Virus record (IMG/VR): IMGVR_UViG_3300035208_000814
Length of the DNA: 64,000 nt
Direction: 5' to 3' (one strand)
From: an uncultured virus (IMG/VR IMGVR_UViG_3300035208_000814)
Lineage: Duplodnaviria; Heunggongvirae; Uroviricota; Caudoviricetes
This document shows, piece by piece, positions 10,337-21,205 of this stretch. How positions within the stretch are numbered: position 1 is the first letter of the stretch; the number at the start of each line of letters is the position of its first letter. Both the position numbers and the translations under genes were made by a program. The notes below the pieces were generated by a model. It saw only the letters and a list, made by a program, of their open reading frames with translations. It was not told the origin of the DNA and searched no databases.

Positions 10337-10654
10337 TTAATCTTTTTTGAGCAAGTCCAAAAGTTCTTTCAATTCTGGATCTAACTCTATTGTCTTATTC
10401 CTACATAGTATGGACACTAGAAGTATAAGAACCCTTCGGCTTGTTATTGAATACTCTCTATTATTCAGGGAGATTTTGACCAATCCTACCCAATCTGCTA
10501 TATCTTGATCTCCATATAATACCTTCTCATGTCTTTCTATTAACTTTACAAATCTGTTAACTACTCTTGCTAAATATAGAAGTGCAGCAACTAGTAATGA
10601 ACCAACTATTGTAACAGCAATCTTCCATACTCCATCATCCATTATATCAAACAT
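10337..10654 (-). CDS. small membrane protein (holin-like position)
   Basis: One N-terminal hydrophobic helix; lies at the end of the tail module. Confidence 0.5.
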   Translation of the reverse strand: MFDIMDDGVWKIAVTIVGSLLVAALLYLARVVNRFVKLIERHEKVLYGDQDIADWVGLVKISLNNREYSITSRRVLILLVSILCRNKTIELDPELKELLDLLKKD

Positions 10655-12114
10655 TATATATCCTCACTAAATATACTATAATATCCTGTAAAGTCAGAGT
10701 AACAGTAATGTCCTGTAGTTCCACATGCAATGAATGTGGGTGTACCAACTATATTTCCATTTAACGGATTTACTACAATCCTACATACCGTGTTTGCACT
10801 ACTAGCATATGGTTCTGCCCATATTATATTTTCATTATATGGATCTGCTGATATTCCATGATATGCGGAATAGGTTGATGGTAATAAGGTATTTTGCATA
10901 ATTACTAGATCATTGCATCTCACACAAGTAATATTTCGAGTACCAGCATTAATTATATACAAGTATTCAGTATATACTCCATTATTATTAAGACGCGCCA
11001 CACAACAACTATGTCCACCATGACCAATTGCAACACTACCAACATAACCACCGCTTGAGTTGTATTTATAAACATTGGAATATGATGGTCTTGGTCTATA
11101 CATATTTCCAAGTGAATCAATCGTTAATCCATATGCATATCCATTAGATGTTCCTCTTGCAGTAAATACATTGGTGTTTGGATTACATTCAATAAATGCA
11201 GTATTAACATCGGTTGTTGGTGTAAAGAATACCCTATCACTCACTGGATTATAAAGTGCTCCATACGCTTGTCCATTGATAGCAGGAACAAACTGAGTAA
11301 TAACATCGGTAACGCGATCAATCTTCCATGCAACCATCTGTGCCACACCATTTTTATTATAATACGAACCTACCCATATATTACCATCCTTATCACAGGC
11401 CATACCCCTAAGCCCCATGACAGTTCCAGAATATACATTTCCTGTTGAAGCAGCAAAATAGTTTATTGTAATTGATGCAGTTGTATCATAACCCAAACTA
11501 CCTAACTCAAAAGTATTACCACCGCCAATATTACATCCCGCAGTAATATCAACAGTTGCACCAACAGCAATATTATATCTAATTCCATGTCCAAAGCAAT
11601 ATAATGTAATCATGTGATCATGTGTATTTGTGGCAGTAACTGGTCCTGCTGGAATGGATGATATATACCATTGAACTGAACTATTACTCGTTGATTGAGA
11701 ATTTGAAAGTGGTGCTCCCTGATATATAGCACCGGGAATCCTAGATTCAGTCAATCCATCATGGCTTAAATGATATTCACGTAACACTCTACTATCAGAT
11801 CCCCATGCTTTTACATCAGTAGCACTGGAACTGGTATTTTGTTCCATATCAGTTCTATGATTATATATACCAATTTTAACAACGGTATTGATACCCCTAT
11901 TAGCAATCCATATATTGTCATCCTGATCAAAACAGGTTCGACTCGGTGATACAGTTGATATATAAGTATCGGGGGAAATTTTAAATCTTGCTATCTCTGA
12001 TTGAGTAATCAGACTAAAAAATGATACGGTATTAGACCAACTATTAGGGTTGATCATAATACCACTAACTCCTACACTACCTGAACTACCACGATATTCT
12101 CCTATCATTGTCAT
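10654..12114 (-). CDS. beta-propeller virion/adhesin-like protein
   Basis: Repeated blades such as CFDQDDNIWIAN, ACDKDGNIWVGS and TIDSLGNMY. Confidence 0.65.
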   Translation of the reverse strand: MTMIGEYRGSSGSVGVSGIMINPNSWSNTVSFFSLITQSEIARFKISPDTYISTVSPSRTCFDQDDNIWIANRGINTVVKIGIYNHRTDMEQNTSSSATDVKAWGSDSRVLREYHLSHDGLTESRIPGAIYQGAPLSNSQSTSNSSVQWYISSIPAGPVTATNTHDHMITLYCFGHGIRYNIAVGATVDITAGCNIGGGNTFELGSLGYDTTASITINYFAASTGNVYSGTVMGLRGMACDKDGNIWVGSYYNKNGVAQMVAWKIDRVTDVITQFVPAINGQAYGALYNPVSDRVFFTPTTDVNTAFIECNPNTNVFTARGTSNGYAYGLTIDSLGNMYRPRPSYSNVYKYNSSGGYVGSVAIGHGGHSCCVARLNNNGVYTEYLYIINAGTRNITCVRCNDLVIMQNTLLPSTYSAYHGISADPYNENIIWAEPYASSANTVCRIVVNPLNGNIVGTPTFIACGTTGHYCYSDFTGYYSIFSEDI

Positions 12115-12116
12115 AG

Positions 12117-13388
12117 TTATAAATCCCTTCTTACTTTACAATACATTGTATTTATAATATGTAATACCTTTCGTCCAATATCATAGAATGAATCAACAGA
12201 TGTATAATCCTCAGTTGAAGTATCACTTAACTCTATCGTATAATCAACTGCTATTGGGGTTGAATCATATGTAGTTGTTCCCGAATGATTTGTAACATAT
12301 ACTGTGAATTCTAATGGAGCATTACTATCTAATACATCATTGCGTATAAATTCCGGAGTTGATATATAACTACGTGTTACAGGTGTAGTGACTACAACAT
12401 CATCTATCCGGAAGTATATTGAATTGTCACTAGCATTATTATGACGGGTTTGAACACCGAATAGTATAGTAGTTGTTTGGGCAAATGTAACTGCCGAATC
12501 ATATATACCAACATCATCTGCTAATATAGTAATTTGTATTTGACTCGCTGATATACGTTCTATTGTTATATCATACTTAACGTATGGTGTATTCCATGAA
12601 TCCCCACAAGGTAATGAGCACAATTCATTTGTACTGCCTATACCAAATCCACAGAAATGCCCACCCCATGTAGTAGTACGCCATCTCTTTGCATATAGAG
12701 TTATATCATATATTACTGCATCACCATCTGGTAATTTAATAAATGCATGGTTTTGATCATATATATTAATACCCATTCCCTGAGTTCCCGCTTGATTAGA
12801 CCCCATAGAGTATGTCCCGGTACGAGGTACATATGTTGAAAATACTCCGGCTGTTCCTACATCCTGTTGTATATCCCATATATCAGTATCTACTATACCT
12901 GATTCCATTCCATCAGAATACACAACATCATGATCTAATACACTGTATTCATAAAATCCATCAGATATAACATATCCATCAGTAAATTCTACAATTATAT
13001 CTCCCGTTGGGGCATATAATCCACGGGTAACATCTCCTTTAAATGTCATCTCAATTGGTAAATCTATAGATGAACCATGTGTAGTTATAACTGTAGTATC
13101 ATAATCTATACTTAATATCTCTGGAAGATGTGATACATAATACTCCATAGATTTAGCAATAGTAGTAGCATATGTTAATATACAATATTGCAATTGCATA
13201 TTTTTGTAATTGGGGCCTGCCACATATCCCAATGTCATATCAACACTTGCATTAGTCATAACCGTATAATCAATAGATATATCTATAGTATTATTATCTA
13301 CCCCACAGTATTTACATGAAAATTGATTAACAATTGCCGTATCTCCAGCAAGTGTTATATCATCTAACCATAAACTACCATTAGCCAT
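12117..13388 (-). CDS. putative tail/receptor-binding structural protein
   Basis: Acidic, beta-rich, lectin-like segment (YSDGME...YFRIDDV); located in the tail module. Confidence 0.55.
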   Translation of the reverse strand: MANGSLWLDDITLAGDTAIVNQFSCKYCGVDNNTIDISIDYTVMTNASVDMTLGYVAGPNYKNMQLQYCILTYATTIAKSMEYYVSHLPEILSIDYDTTVITTHGSSIDLPIEMTFKGDVTRGLYAPTGDIIVEFTDGYVISDGFYEYSVLDHDVVYSDGMESGIVDTDIWDIQQDVGTAGVFSTYVPRTGTYSMGSNQAGTQGMGINIYDQNHAFIKLPDGDAVIYDITLYAKRWRTTTWGGHFCGFGIGSTNELCSLPCGDSWNTPYVKYDITIERISASQIQITILADDVGIYDSAVTFAQTTTILFGVQTRHNNASDNSIYFRIDDVVVTTPVTRSYISTPEFIRNDVLDSNAPLEFTVYVTNHSGTTTYDSTPIAVDYTIELSDTSTEDYTSVDSFYDIGRKVLHIINTMYCKVRRDL

Positions 13389-13798
13389 TACACTGCCCCC
13401 CGTGCTGTTATCGTAAATATTAAATCATATGTACCCGCGTCAGGGGGGAATTCAAGATTACTAAGTATTATATGTTCAGTTCTCCATTCACCAGTTCCTT
13501 CAAGTGATTGCCATAACAGGTTATCTCCAAGATATGCTGTACAGTAACATGATGAGTTAACATCTGATGTTCTCCATGCAAATGACAATGTCTCATTACC
13601 TACTATGGTAATTGATTGTGTTATTGAAGTTATAGCATTATAGGGATATGTTAATGTGTCAGTTGCATGTAAACATACACTATATGATCCAGAGTTATAA
13701 TATATATCTGATATATATGGATCACAATCACAGTTAGTATATCCTGTCCATCCTGTTAAGTCATTGGTCTCAAAATCACCGTTAACAATGTCAGTCAT
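13388..13798 (-). CDS. carbohydrate-binding-module-like (jelly-roll) protein
   Basis: IVNGDFETNDLTGW N-terminal motif typical of CBM4/9-like domains. Confidence 0.6.
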   Translation of the reverse strand: MTDIVNGDFETNDLTGWTGYTNCDCDPYISDIYYNSGSYSVCLHATDTLTYPYNAITSITQSITIVGNETLSFAWRTSDVNSSCYCTAYLGDNLLWQSLEGTGEWRTEHIILSNLEFPPDAGTYDLIFTITARGAV

Positions 13799-13816
13799 TA
13801 TTCAACTCCATTAGGA

Positions 13817-14122
13817 CTATGGTACTTCAAAGTCATCATATATTTTCCAGACAAATGCATCACAGAAGAACACTTTACCATCTGTCAAATACACCTTAAC
13901 ATGAACTGTGTAATCACCCGCTACATCCAAATCCCCATCTACTGTTTCGTAATCAATAATACTACTAATCTCACTGACTACTGTTATGGTATCTGGTGTC
14001 CATACTACTATTGAATCATTGGGTAATTTAACCCGGATGTCACATGACGCTGCATCTGTTAGATCATTCCTAACATTAATTGATAAGTCTGCCCCTATTG
14101 TACCTTTATAAACGTGAACCAT
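13817..14122 (-). CDS. BppU-like Ig-fold baseplate/tail protein
   Basis: VYKGTIGADL...VKLPND...YETVDGDLDVAGDY pattern. Confidence 0.55.
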   Translation of the reverse strand: MVHVYKGTIGADLSINVRNDLTDAASCDIRVKLPNDSIVVWTPDTITVVSEISSIIDYETVDGDLDVAGDYTVHVKVYLTDGKVFFCDAFVWKIYDDFEVP

Positions 14123-14158
14123 AATAATCTCCTAACCCCTATCTTTTTGTAATTGATG

Positions 14159-16021
14159 TTATCTTTTTGTTATTGGCGCGGTCAAATCCATAATACTATT
14201 CAACTTAGATATTATGTAGTATGTTATTGATAATATATTTATACTTATAACATTACTATTTAATTTCAAATTGACAGTATTTATAGTTGACATACCAATG
14301 AACTTCTGTGTCTGAATATTCTCTACTGTATTAAATGTTGTTTTACAAATACCCGATGATAGATTTGTTGATACTTCACTCTGTAATTCCCCCGATACGG
14401 TATATTCTATGTTCAATACCATATAACTCTCTGATTCTGTATTAAGAGCCAGATTGATAGTTACATCTTCATTCTCAATTATGTTAGCGTATTTTGTCTG
14501 TAGTGACTCACATTGCCCAACTACATATGATAATGACGATGTGACTGATTGTAATGATTGAATCGTATATTGTAATGATGTTGATATAGTTGACTTCTTA
14601 ACCGGGGAATATGTAAGTGATTGCTCAATAACATTAGGTGCTGATACATAATATGTTAACTCATGCTCAATGTTAAATACAACTTGCCGGACAGCATACT
14701 CAAGTGGTATATCATTAACATTAGTATGTGATACACAATACTTTGATGAGTAGTTTTTACTTTTGTGGGTTAATACCGTGTATCTCAGTTGTCTATATCT
14801 AGTGCGTAATCTGGATACATTGTACTTTAATATACTAGTTAATGATTTTGATGTTACTACACAATATGTCAGACTAGATGATACTTCATGTAATGTTGCA
14901 TTCTCAACAACACTATATGTTAACTCATACTTATTTTCAACTACCGAAGAAACATTATATGATAAGTTATGATCAATAATTGATGATGTGATTACCGTGT
15001 AAGAAATGTCATAGGGTAATTCATATGGCCGAGTTACCAAGTAGGCTAGATTTTGCTCTAGAGTGCCCGTAAATTGCACCGAATATTCCAAAGGTATTTC
15101 ACTGATCTTGCCCGTGGCAATCTTATATACTAATGAATACTCTACACTATCAGTTGTTACTACTGTATATACCAATGGTATCTGAATAATATCTGGTGTT
15201 ATAATTGTATAGGTAAGTGATAGTGATTTAGTGGTACTGGAAACAACTGTGTAAACCAACTCATAGTTGTCAATACTACTAGATACTACATAGTAGTGTA
15301 ATGGTAACTGATGGGTGTATACAACTAATACATTGTAAGTTAATGTGTGAGTTATTGCTTGAATATTCGCTGTAACAACGTAATCTAATAGTAATGTCTC
15401 AGTTGTTGATGTTACGACACTATACACCAACTGTTCAGTTATAGACACTAATGATGGAACACAGTATGTTAAACTATAATCCGCTATATCTGTTACTTTA
15501 ACTGCATATACCAACTGTATTTCAATAGGCGCAGTAGTGTACTGTACAGTATAATCTAATGGTATGTCCACACTAGATACTACTGATACATAGTAATCTA
15601 ATTGAATATCTATTGGGGCAATTGGTGTTATTACAGTGTATATTAATTCAGAATCTATAGTAGTGGTATCTATTATAGTATATTGTAATGTGTATTCTAA
15701 CGCGGGTATATCATTTAATATCTCGTACGTTAATGGTAATTGTATAGTATCTGATGTTATTACTGTGTAATGTAATGAGTAGTCAGTATCTCTATTAACT
15801 TTAACAGTATAGCATAATTCAGTATCATTACTAACTGTTGTCTTGACTATATACTGTAAAGAAGAAGTAATAGTATTTGTAGACGTAACAACATATAATA
15901 AGTCATTACTTTTTATAGTGGTAAATGATACTACATACGTTAATTCAGAAGATGTAGCACCCCCTATACGGTTAAATATAGTCTGGTTGAATACAGCCTG
16001 ATTAAAGTATGCATATGTCAT
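14159..16021 (-). CDS. repetitive tail-associated protein with about 15-aa L-x-Y-x-V repeats
   Basis: Dozens of tandem LxYxV/I units; N-terminal FNQAVFNQTIFN. Confidence 0.7.
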   Translation of the reverse strand: MTYAYFNQAVFNQTIFNRIGGATSSELTYVVSFTTIKSNDLLYVVTSTNTITSSLQYIVKTTVSNDTELCYTVKVNRDTDYSLHYTVITSDTIQLPLTYEILNDIPALEYTLQYTIIDTTTIDSELIYTVITPIAPIDIQLDYYVSVVSSVDIPLDYTVQYTTAPIEIQLVYAVKVTDIADYSLTYCVPSLVSITEQLVYSVVTSTTETLLLDYVVTANIQAITHTLTYNVLVVYTHQLPLHYYVVSSSIDNYELVYTVVSSTTKSLSLTYTIITPDIIQIPLVYTVVTTDSVEYSLVYKIATGKISEIPLEYSVQFTGTLEQNLAYLVTRPYELPYDISYTVITSSIIDHNLSYNVSSVVENKYELTYSVVENATLHEVSSSLTYCVVTSKSLTSILKYNVSRLRTRYRQLRYTVLTHKSKNYSSKYCVSHTNVNDIPLEYAVRQVVFNIEHELTYYVSAPNVIEQSLTYSPVKKSTISTSLQYTIQSLQSVTSSLSYVVGQCESLQTKYANIIENEDVTINLALNTESESYMVLNIEYTVSGELQSEVSTNLSSGICKTTFNTVENIQTQKFIGMSTINTVNLKLNSNVISINILSITYYIISKLNSIMDLTAPITKR

Positions 16022-16076
16022 GTTACACCATGTAGTATTTCATTAGTTCACATTGTATTGTGATTATTCTCTAGTA

Positions 16077-16349
16077 TTATCCAATCATACTTTGCCATTT
16101 CTTCTCAATCACTGTTCTCTCGTTGGAGATCAATGACTGTAATTTACCAATACGATTAATTGCATCCTCATCAAATGCTTTTAACTCCGCATCTCGTTCA
16201 GCACACAACTGTTGCCTACTCTCCTCTGCTGCTCTATTATCAAGGTCTGCTTGCCGTTCATCGAGGATAATTTGAATCTTATCCTCTAATTTGAGTTCTG
16301 AAAACTCTTTTGCCGTGATTGCTGTTGCTAGTTCTGTCATAATAATCAT
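16077..16349 (-). CDS. small coiled-coil protein
   Basis: Helical charged ORF downstream of the fibre genes. Confidence 0.55.
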   Translation of the reverse strand: MIIMTELATAITAKEFSELKLEDKIQIILDERQADLDNRAAEESRQQLCAERDAELKAFDEDAINRIGKLQSLISNERTVIEKKWQSMIG

Positions 16350-16864
16350 CCTACATTAATTGTCTGTTGCATACTGGGGTAATGAGTCATAAATGTCATA
16401 TCAATATTGGCATTGGGAGTCCAACTTGCCTCATTGTTTGTAGATTGATTGAAGCTACCACCCGCGTAAACATTAGAATTTCTATACCCAATTGAGTAGT
16501 AGTTATTATCTGTTTCTGATGTATTAGCATCTTTAACTACTATCCAGTATAGGGTTCCCGGTGTTACTGTGTATGCCATAGGTGCAAGATTTAATCCCAC
16601 GGGCAATGCTGTGAACTGGGCAATTGTGAGTGTACATGATGCTAGCACTGCCGCCGCAGGATTCCCGCTGTTATTCGCACGTAGAGATATCACAAAATTT
16701 CCGGGGCTTCCAGTCTGCCCAATTTTATAAAATGATATTCCAGTCAATGAAGGTTTTGTTGGAGTAAAAGACTGCGCTTGTACTATCTGGGAAACATATT
16801 TCCCAATAGCAAGCCCCGCGTTAGGGGATGCCTCAAGTGTGACTTGCACCTGATCAACTGCCAT
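16346..16864 (-). CDS. beta-sandwich adhesin-like domain protein
   Basis: AQSFTPT...VTPGTLYWIVV motif; a related domain occurs inside the neighbouring fibre. Confidence 0.6.
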   Translation of the reverse strand: MAVDQVQVTLEASPNAGLAIGKYVSQIVQAQSFTPTKPSLTGISFYKIGQTGSPGNFVISLRANNSGNPAAAVLASCTLTIAQFTALPVGLNLAPMAYTVTPGTLYWIVVKDANTSETDNNYYSIGYRNSNVYAGGSFNQSTNNEASWTPNANIDMTFMTHYPSMQQTINVG

Positions 16865-19800
16865 TACCTCACCCTCTCACAATGCATGGATAACGTGCAG
16901 CGTGTGATTGTTGTTACTGAATCCACTGCTATCTCAAGCACATCTCCCTTGTTCAGTGGGATTGCAAGTGTTCCTAAAGTCTGTGCCTGTTGATTCGTTG
17001 CTGCTATTGTCGGCTTACTCGCCCAAATCGTTGTAGTTGTTGGGAATCCAGAATATGCACATGAATGAACATCCACTACAATTGCCCCCGCTGCATCTCC
17101 TAACAGAGTCCATCCAGTCACCACACACTTCGATGGCACGGTAATGAATCCCTTTGATGCTACAGTTGGTGTTACCCCGCCACCATCTATGATAAACTGT
17201 ATATCAAATGATGAGTTGGGGATTAACGAATTGGCAATATCGCTGACTTTCCGGACCACATCATTAACCGTCTTTGCGAGGGATTGAAGCCTATACCAAT
17301 GAGTAACACTCATCTGGTGGGAGGGGTCCTTCGTTGCATCGTTGGCTACTCCATTGCTCGATAGATAGATGATATTTTTGGTGATGTTACTGAATGCAGT
17401 TGTCCCTTTGCCGACCAACCAAGTGACTCGCGGAACTGCCGTTGCTGTTGAAAGGGTCATGTATTCCCCATCGTTCAGGATGTAATTTCCGCCTTCTGTG
17501 CTACCCGTTCCACTTGCCTGACCATATAAGGTATCGGCTATCACAATGGCTATTGCGGGGTTCGTTTCCTGCGAGTTGTCTATCCTTATCGGGATTGCCT
17601 TGATAACTACTGCCGACGCATCGGTAAATTCCAGATGCGGGACTACTACGCCGTTGGAATTGCAGAACTTAATGAGCCTGAAGTAAATTCTGGTTGCTAC
17701 CGATGGCAAGATAACCTCATCACTGAACTGGTTTGTTGCGAGTGGGTAGACCTGCGGGACTGGAAGGGCTGATGTGTCGAGGTCTGCTTCGATTCGTAGA
17801 TTATCCAGTCTGATATACTGGTTTGTGGTGTCCTTTGAAATCCTGACGTAGAATGTTGTTAATCCCTTCGCAATATCCGAATAAAGTGCTGCGGTCTGTG
17901 CTGATGCTGATGTTGCGAGAGTCCATAGGGTTGTATAATTTACGTTATCAATCGAGATTTCGCACAGTCCACACGCAGAATTGTTATTAAACATTGTGGG
18001 AGTGATTATCAATCCCTTAATCGGGAGCAGGGTATTAACTTTGAATACTACATTTCGTGCCGTTGCTCCAGATGCTGATTGCAGACTTTCAAGGGTATTC
18101 GACCACGTCCAGCCGTTGACAACAACAGGACTAGTTGTTTCTCCTCCCGCACTTGCAGAATAAATATCGTTGAAATTCGCGTATGTGTTGAAGGGATTAA
18201 CATACAGATACTTCCCCTTATCCAGATCGATAATCGCCCCGCCGAGAATCCCGTCTGCATCGGCACTTAATGAGGTTTTAACACCGTTGCAGATTTGGGT
18301 ATAATTCTCTGTGGGTTTTGCGTAGTACTCGATGAATGAACAGGTTTCAAGGTCATGATCTGCCGTTCCTACAACTACCGTCCCGTCTGCTACTGATGAA
18401 TAAAGGTGGAAGTGATAAGCTCCGGTAGTCCATAAACAGGGAACAGTAAACTCCGTTATGGTAGTATTCGCAAGGGAGGCATTGGCAATTGTCTGTGATG
18501 CAATTACAGCATTTGTGGCATCGTGGACAACCATCGTCCAGTTACCAGTTCCTTTTGCAGTTACTTTCACTTTAATTGAATATACGTGGTTTTTCGTAGG
18601 GGTGAAGGTCTGCCGGTGTGTGGCTCCCTCGTTGACTGCATTAGTGAGATCGTAATGATATGCTGCTGCGAAGGTTGGATCAAGTGACTGATCTATACTA
18701 TCCGTAGACGTAACCCCGGTGATTGTGCTTAACAGGGGTGTCGGTATTGTGCCTGTGTATCCGGTGTCGGATATGACTTCTTCAAGTCGTACCTCATCGA
18801 ACCATGCGTCTGATACGTTTCCGGCTATAATGTTATATATAGAAAGACGTCCAAATTCGGCATCCGCATCCGAGGTAAATGTTACTGATAGATATGTCCA
18901 ATCGTTCGTTCCTGTTAATTTTGAAGTAAACACTTGCGTACCTAAAGATGCTGCAATATCATATTGTGCAAGACGTATGTAAACCGAATCTGCGGCTACG
19001 TTTATTGTTTTAACAAATGCACTTAATTTATATTTTACAGAGGGTTTGATTCTTATAGCATGTTTTGAAAAGTGTTCTGCGGTTAATATTGATACATTAA
19101 CATTTTCAATCTGGCATCTACCCGAAGTATCAACATTGGATAATTTAAAGGAAGTTTTACCAGAATATGAAACGGTAGGGTCAAATCGGCATGATGTAGT
19201 TCCAGCAGTAGTATAAAAAAACCATCCGTACTGTGTAATTGTATCACTTCCAGCAGCAGTTCCGTCAATCCATCTTGTTGCTATCTGTACTGCCGTGAAT
19301 GGTGGTGTAAGTTCAAAATCGCCATTAAACACTCCGCCTTTGCTTGCCGTTGTGGTTGCTATAACGGTGGGATGGGGTAATGTTAAATCAGTAACATGAT
19401 TGTCTACATACGCTTTTGTTGCCTGTTGTGTGGCAATCTTGCTATCTGAATTAGCCGCTAATGTTTCATCAGTATCAAGGTAAGTTGTTGGTATTTTAGT
19501 TGGATCAACCACCGTGCCCCATATTGGATCAGCACTTGCTCCCTGTGTTAGTAGTGCTTTCCCGGCTGTTGAATCTGGATTTAAGAACGTCCAATCTGTG
19601 CCATTATAGAAGAAAATCGCTCCCTGTGCTACGGCGGGAGGATTAACCGGGAAGTCTACATCGTCTAGATTTCCTAACGTCTGATAATCCCATGCGGGAA
19701 CGGTTGTCCCTTTCAGATACTTTGTTTTTGCAGATCCAACTATTGCACCGGGGGCTGATAGTATAATCCATTTAGTTCCATCCCAATATGCCATATCTCC

Positions 19801-20151
19801 TGTAGCGATAGGGGTAGGTAATGAAGATGAGACCCATGCACTCCATGATCCAGTATAATTTCTCATCCATATATGGGCAACTGTAGATTCAAGGTATATC
19901 TGTGTTATCATTCCAGAAGGTTCAGACTCCTTTGAAACATAGACAACTCCTTCATATAACGCATCTGTTGGTAGATTTAGATTATCACCATCAGTCCAAT
20001 AAATACCCGGCCCCGTAGCATCATTAAGATCAGAAGGATATCCGGCATATGCAATAAGACGAGTCTTTTGATCTACAGTCATATCATTCCATTTATTAGC
20101 AGTAATTATATCTACATTAGCAACCTGAGTCTCATCCCATATATCCGTCAT
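16864..20151 (-). CDS. large tail fibre/receptor-binding protein
   Basis: 1095 aa; ATQQATKAYVD fibre motif, NGDFE CBM-like domain, mosaic composition. Confidence 0.75.
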   Translation of the reverse strand: MTDIWDETQVANVDIITANKWNDMTVDQKTRLIAYAGYPSDLNDATGPGIYWTDGDNLNLPTDALYEGVVYVSKESEPSGMITQIYLESTVAHIWMRNYTGSWSAWVSSSLPTPIATGDMAYWDGTKWIILSAPGAIVGSAKTKYLKGTTVPAWDYQTLGNLDDVDFPVNPPAVAQGAIFFYNGTDWTFLNPDSTAGKALLTQGASADPIWGTVVDPTKIPTTYLDTDETLAANSDSKIATQQATKAYVDNHVTDLTLPHPTVIATTTASKGGVFNGDFELTPPFTAVQIATRWIDGTAAGSDTITQYGWFFYTTAGTTSCRFDPTVSYSGKTSFKLSNVDTSGRCQIENVNVSILTAEHFSKHAIRIKPSVKYKLSAFVKTINVAADSVYIRLAQYDIAASLGTQVFTSKLTGTNDWTYLSVTFTSDADAEFGRLSIYNIIAGNVSDAWFDEVRLEEVISDTGYTGTIPTPLLSTITGVTSTDSIDQSLDPTFAAAYHYDLTNAVNEGATHRQTFTPTKNHVYSIKVKVTAKGTGNWTMVVHDATNAVIASQTIANASLANTTITEFTVPCLWTTGAYHFHLYSSVADGTVVVGTADHDLETCSFIEYYAKPTENYTQICNGVKTSLSADADGILGGAIIDLDKGKYLYVNPFNTYANFNDIYSASAGGETTSPVVVNGWTWSNTLESLQSASGATARNVVFKVNTLLPIKGLIITPTMFNNNSACGLCEISIDNVNYTTLWTLATSASAQTAALYSDIAKGLTTFYVRISKDTTNQYIRLDNLRIEADLDTSALPVPQVYPLATNQFSDEVILPSVATRIYFRLIKFCNSNGVVVPHLEFTDASAVVIKAIPIRIDNSQETNPAIAIVIADTLYGQASGTGSTEGGNYILNDGEYMTLSTATAVPRVTWLVGKGTTAFSNITKNIIYLSSNGVANDATKDPSHQMSVTHWYRLQSLAKTVNDVVRKVSDIANSLIPNSSFDIQFIIDGGGVTPTVASKGFITVPSKCVVTGWTLLGDAAGAIVVDVHSCAYSGFPTTTTIWASKPTIAATNQQAQTLGTLAIPLNKGDVLEIAVDSVTTITRCTLSMHCERVR

Positions 20152-20160
20152 TATTTCCCC

Positions 20161-20547
20161 TCAATTAATTTTTATCTTATCCACATCATCCACAACTGCT
20201 ATTGAGCCATCCGGCATTATTGCCATTAATACCTTAACATTCCCCACTTGATATCCAAAACAATACAATCTAATTGTAATTTGATTAGGTGAACCAATAT
20301 GTAATTGAATGTTACGATAAAAATGTATTAATTTCATTCCCGGTTGAAATAACAAAGTAATAGGTGATTTGCCATTACTTACCATTGAGAATGATGCTAA
20401 CTTAAACTGATCAATCTCTCTGAATTGATGGAATGAATTATCAGAATCGTCAAACTGTTGTAATGATGTACCATCGGAATAATTGGCAATCCAACACCAT
20501 TGTTCCTTCTGCACTTCATCGGTATTATTGAAAAAATATTTAGTCAT
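20161..20547 (-). CDS. conserved hypothetical tail-region protein
   Basis: WIANYSDGTSLQQFD...LIHFYRN...YCFGYQ. Confidence 0.6.
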   Translation of the reverse strand: MTKYFFNNTDEVQKEQWCWIANYSDGTSLQQFDDSDNSFHQFREIDQFKLASFSMVSNGKSPITLLFQPGMKLIHFYRNIQLHIGSPNQITIRLYCFGYQVGNVKVLMAIMPDGSIAVVDDVDKIKIN

Positions 20548-20576
20548 TGTATTGACACCAACATATATCTATTGTA

Positions 20577-21083
20577 TTAGGCTATCTCATCATATGAATA
20601 TGACATTGTTGTAGTTGTACCTGCCACTGTATTAGCGTGAATAACTAACTGATGGATTATATAATCAGTGTATAATGCTGATCCAGTTAGAGTTAATTCC
20701 TCTGTTAATGACCCCTCATATCCTACATTGGCTGTTGCCGGGGATGCTGTTGGCATTGCATTATCTACATCTGTAATTGCCGTATTAACTGGTGTTGCAT
20801 ATGCTATTTCAGCGTAATCGGCGGTTGCTGCACCAGTCACATGAGTATCTCCACTAGTTAATGACCCTGTTCTCCACACCTTAAAGTTCTTAAGTTTAGT
20901 TGAACCCCCGGCGGTAGTTGCCCTAAATCTCTGGTATTTAGCATACGATCTTGTGCCTGCTGTGATGGGATAATCTGCTGCTGTCATATTAACAGTATCA
21001 GAACTACCCATGTTACAATTGGTAATGGCGGTTATTGTTTCTCCCGCCCCATTTGACTCTACAATATCTACTGTTGCTGCCAT
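20577..21083 (-). CDS. putative minor structural protein
   Basis: Thr/Ala/Gly-rich, ends in YSYDEIA; has its own upstream TATA-like sequence. Confidence 0.6.
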   Translation of the reverse strand: MAATVDIVESNGAGETITAITNCNMGSSDTVNMTAADYPITAGTRSYAKYQRFRATTAGGSTKLKNFKVWRTGSLTSGDTHVTGAATADYAEIAYATPVNTAITDVDNAMPTASPATANVGYEGSLTEELTLTGSALYTDYIIHQLVIHANTVAGTTTTMSYSYDEIA

Positions 21084-21205
21084 TTAAAATCACTAGTCCT
21101 AAATAATATCTTTATTTCCATCCTATATAACTGTTCTTCAATCATTCTCATCTGTCTCATCTAGAAGATACTCATTTAATATTACTAAATCTTCATACTT
21201 CATCA

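Noticed and set aside
10654..20151. Diversity-generating retroelement or invertible tail-fibre cassette
   Set aside because: No reverse transcriptase, recombinase, template/variable repeat pair or inverted repeats were recognised.
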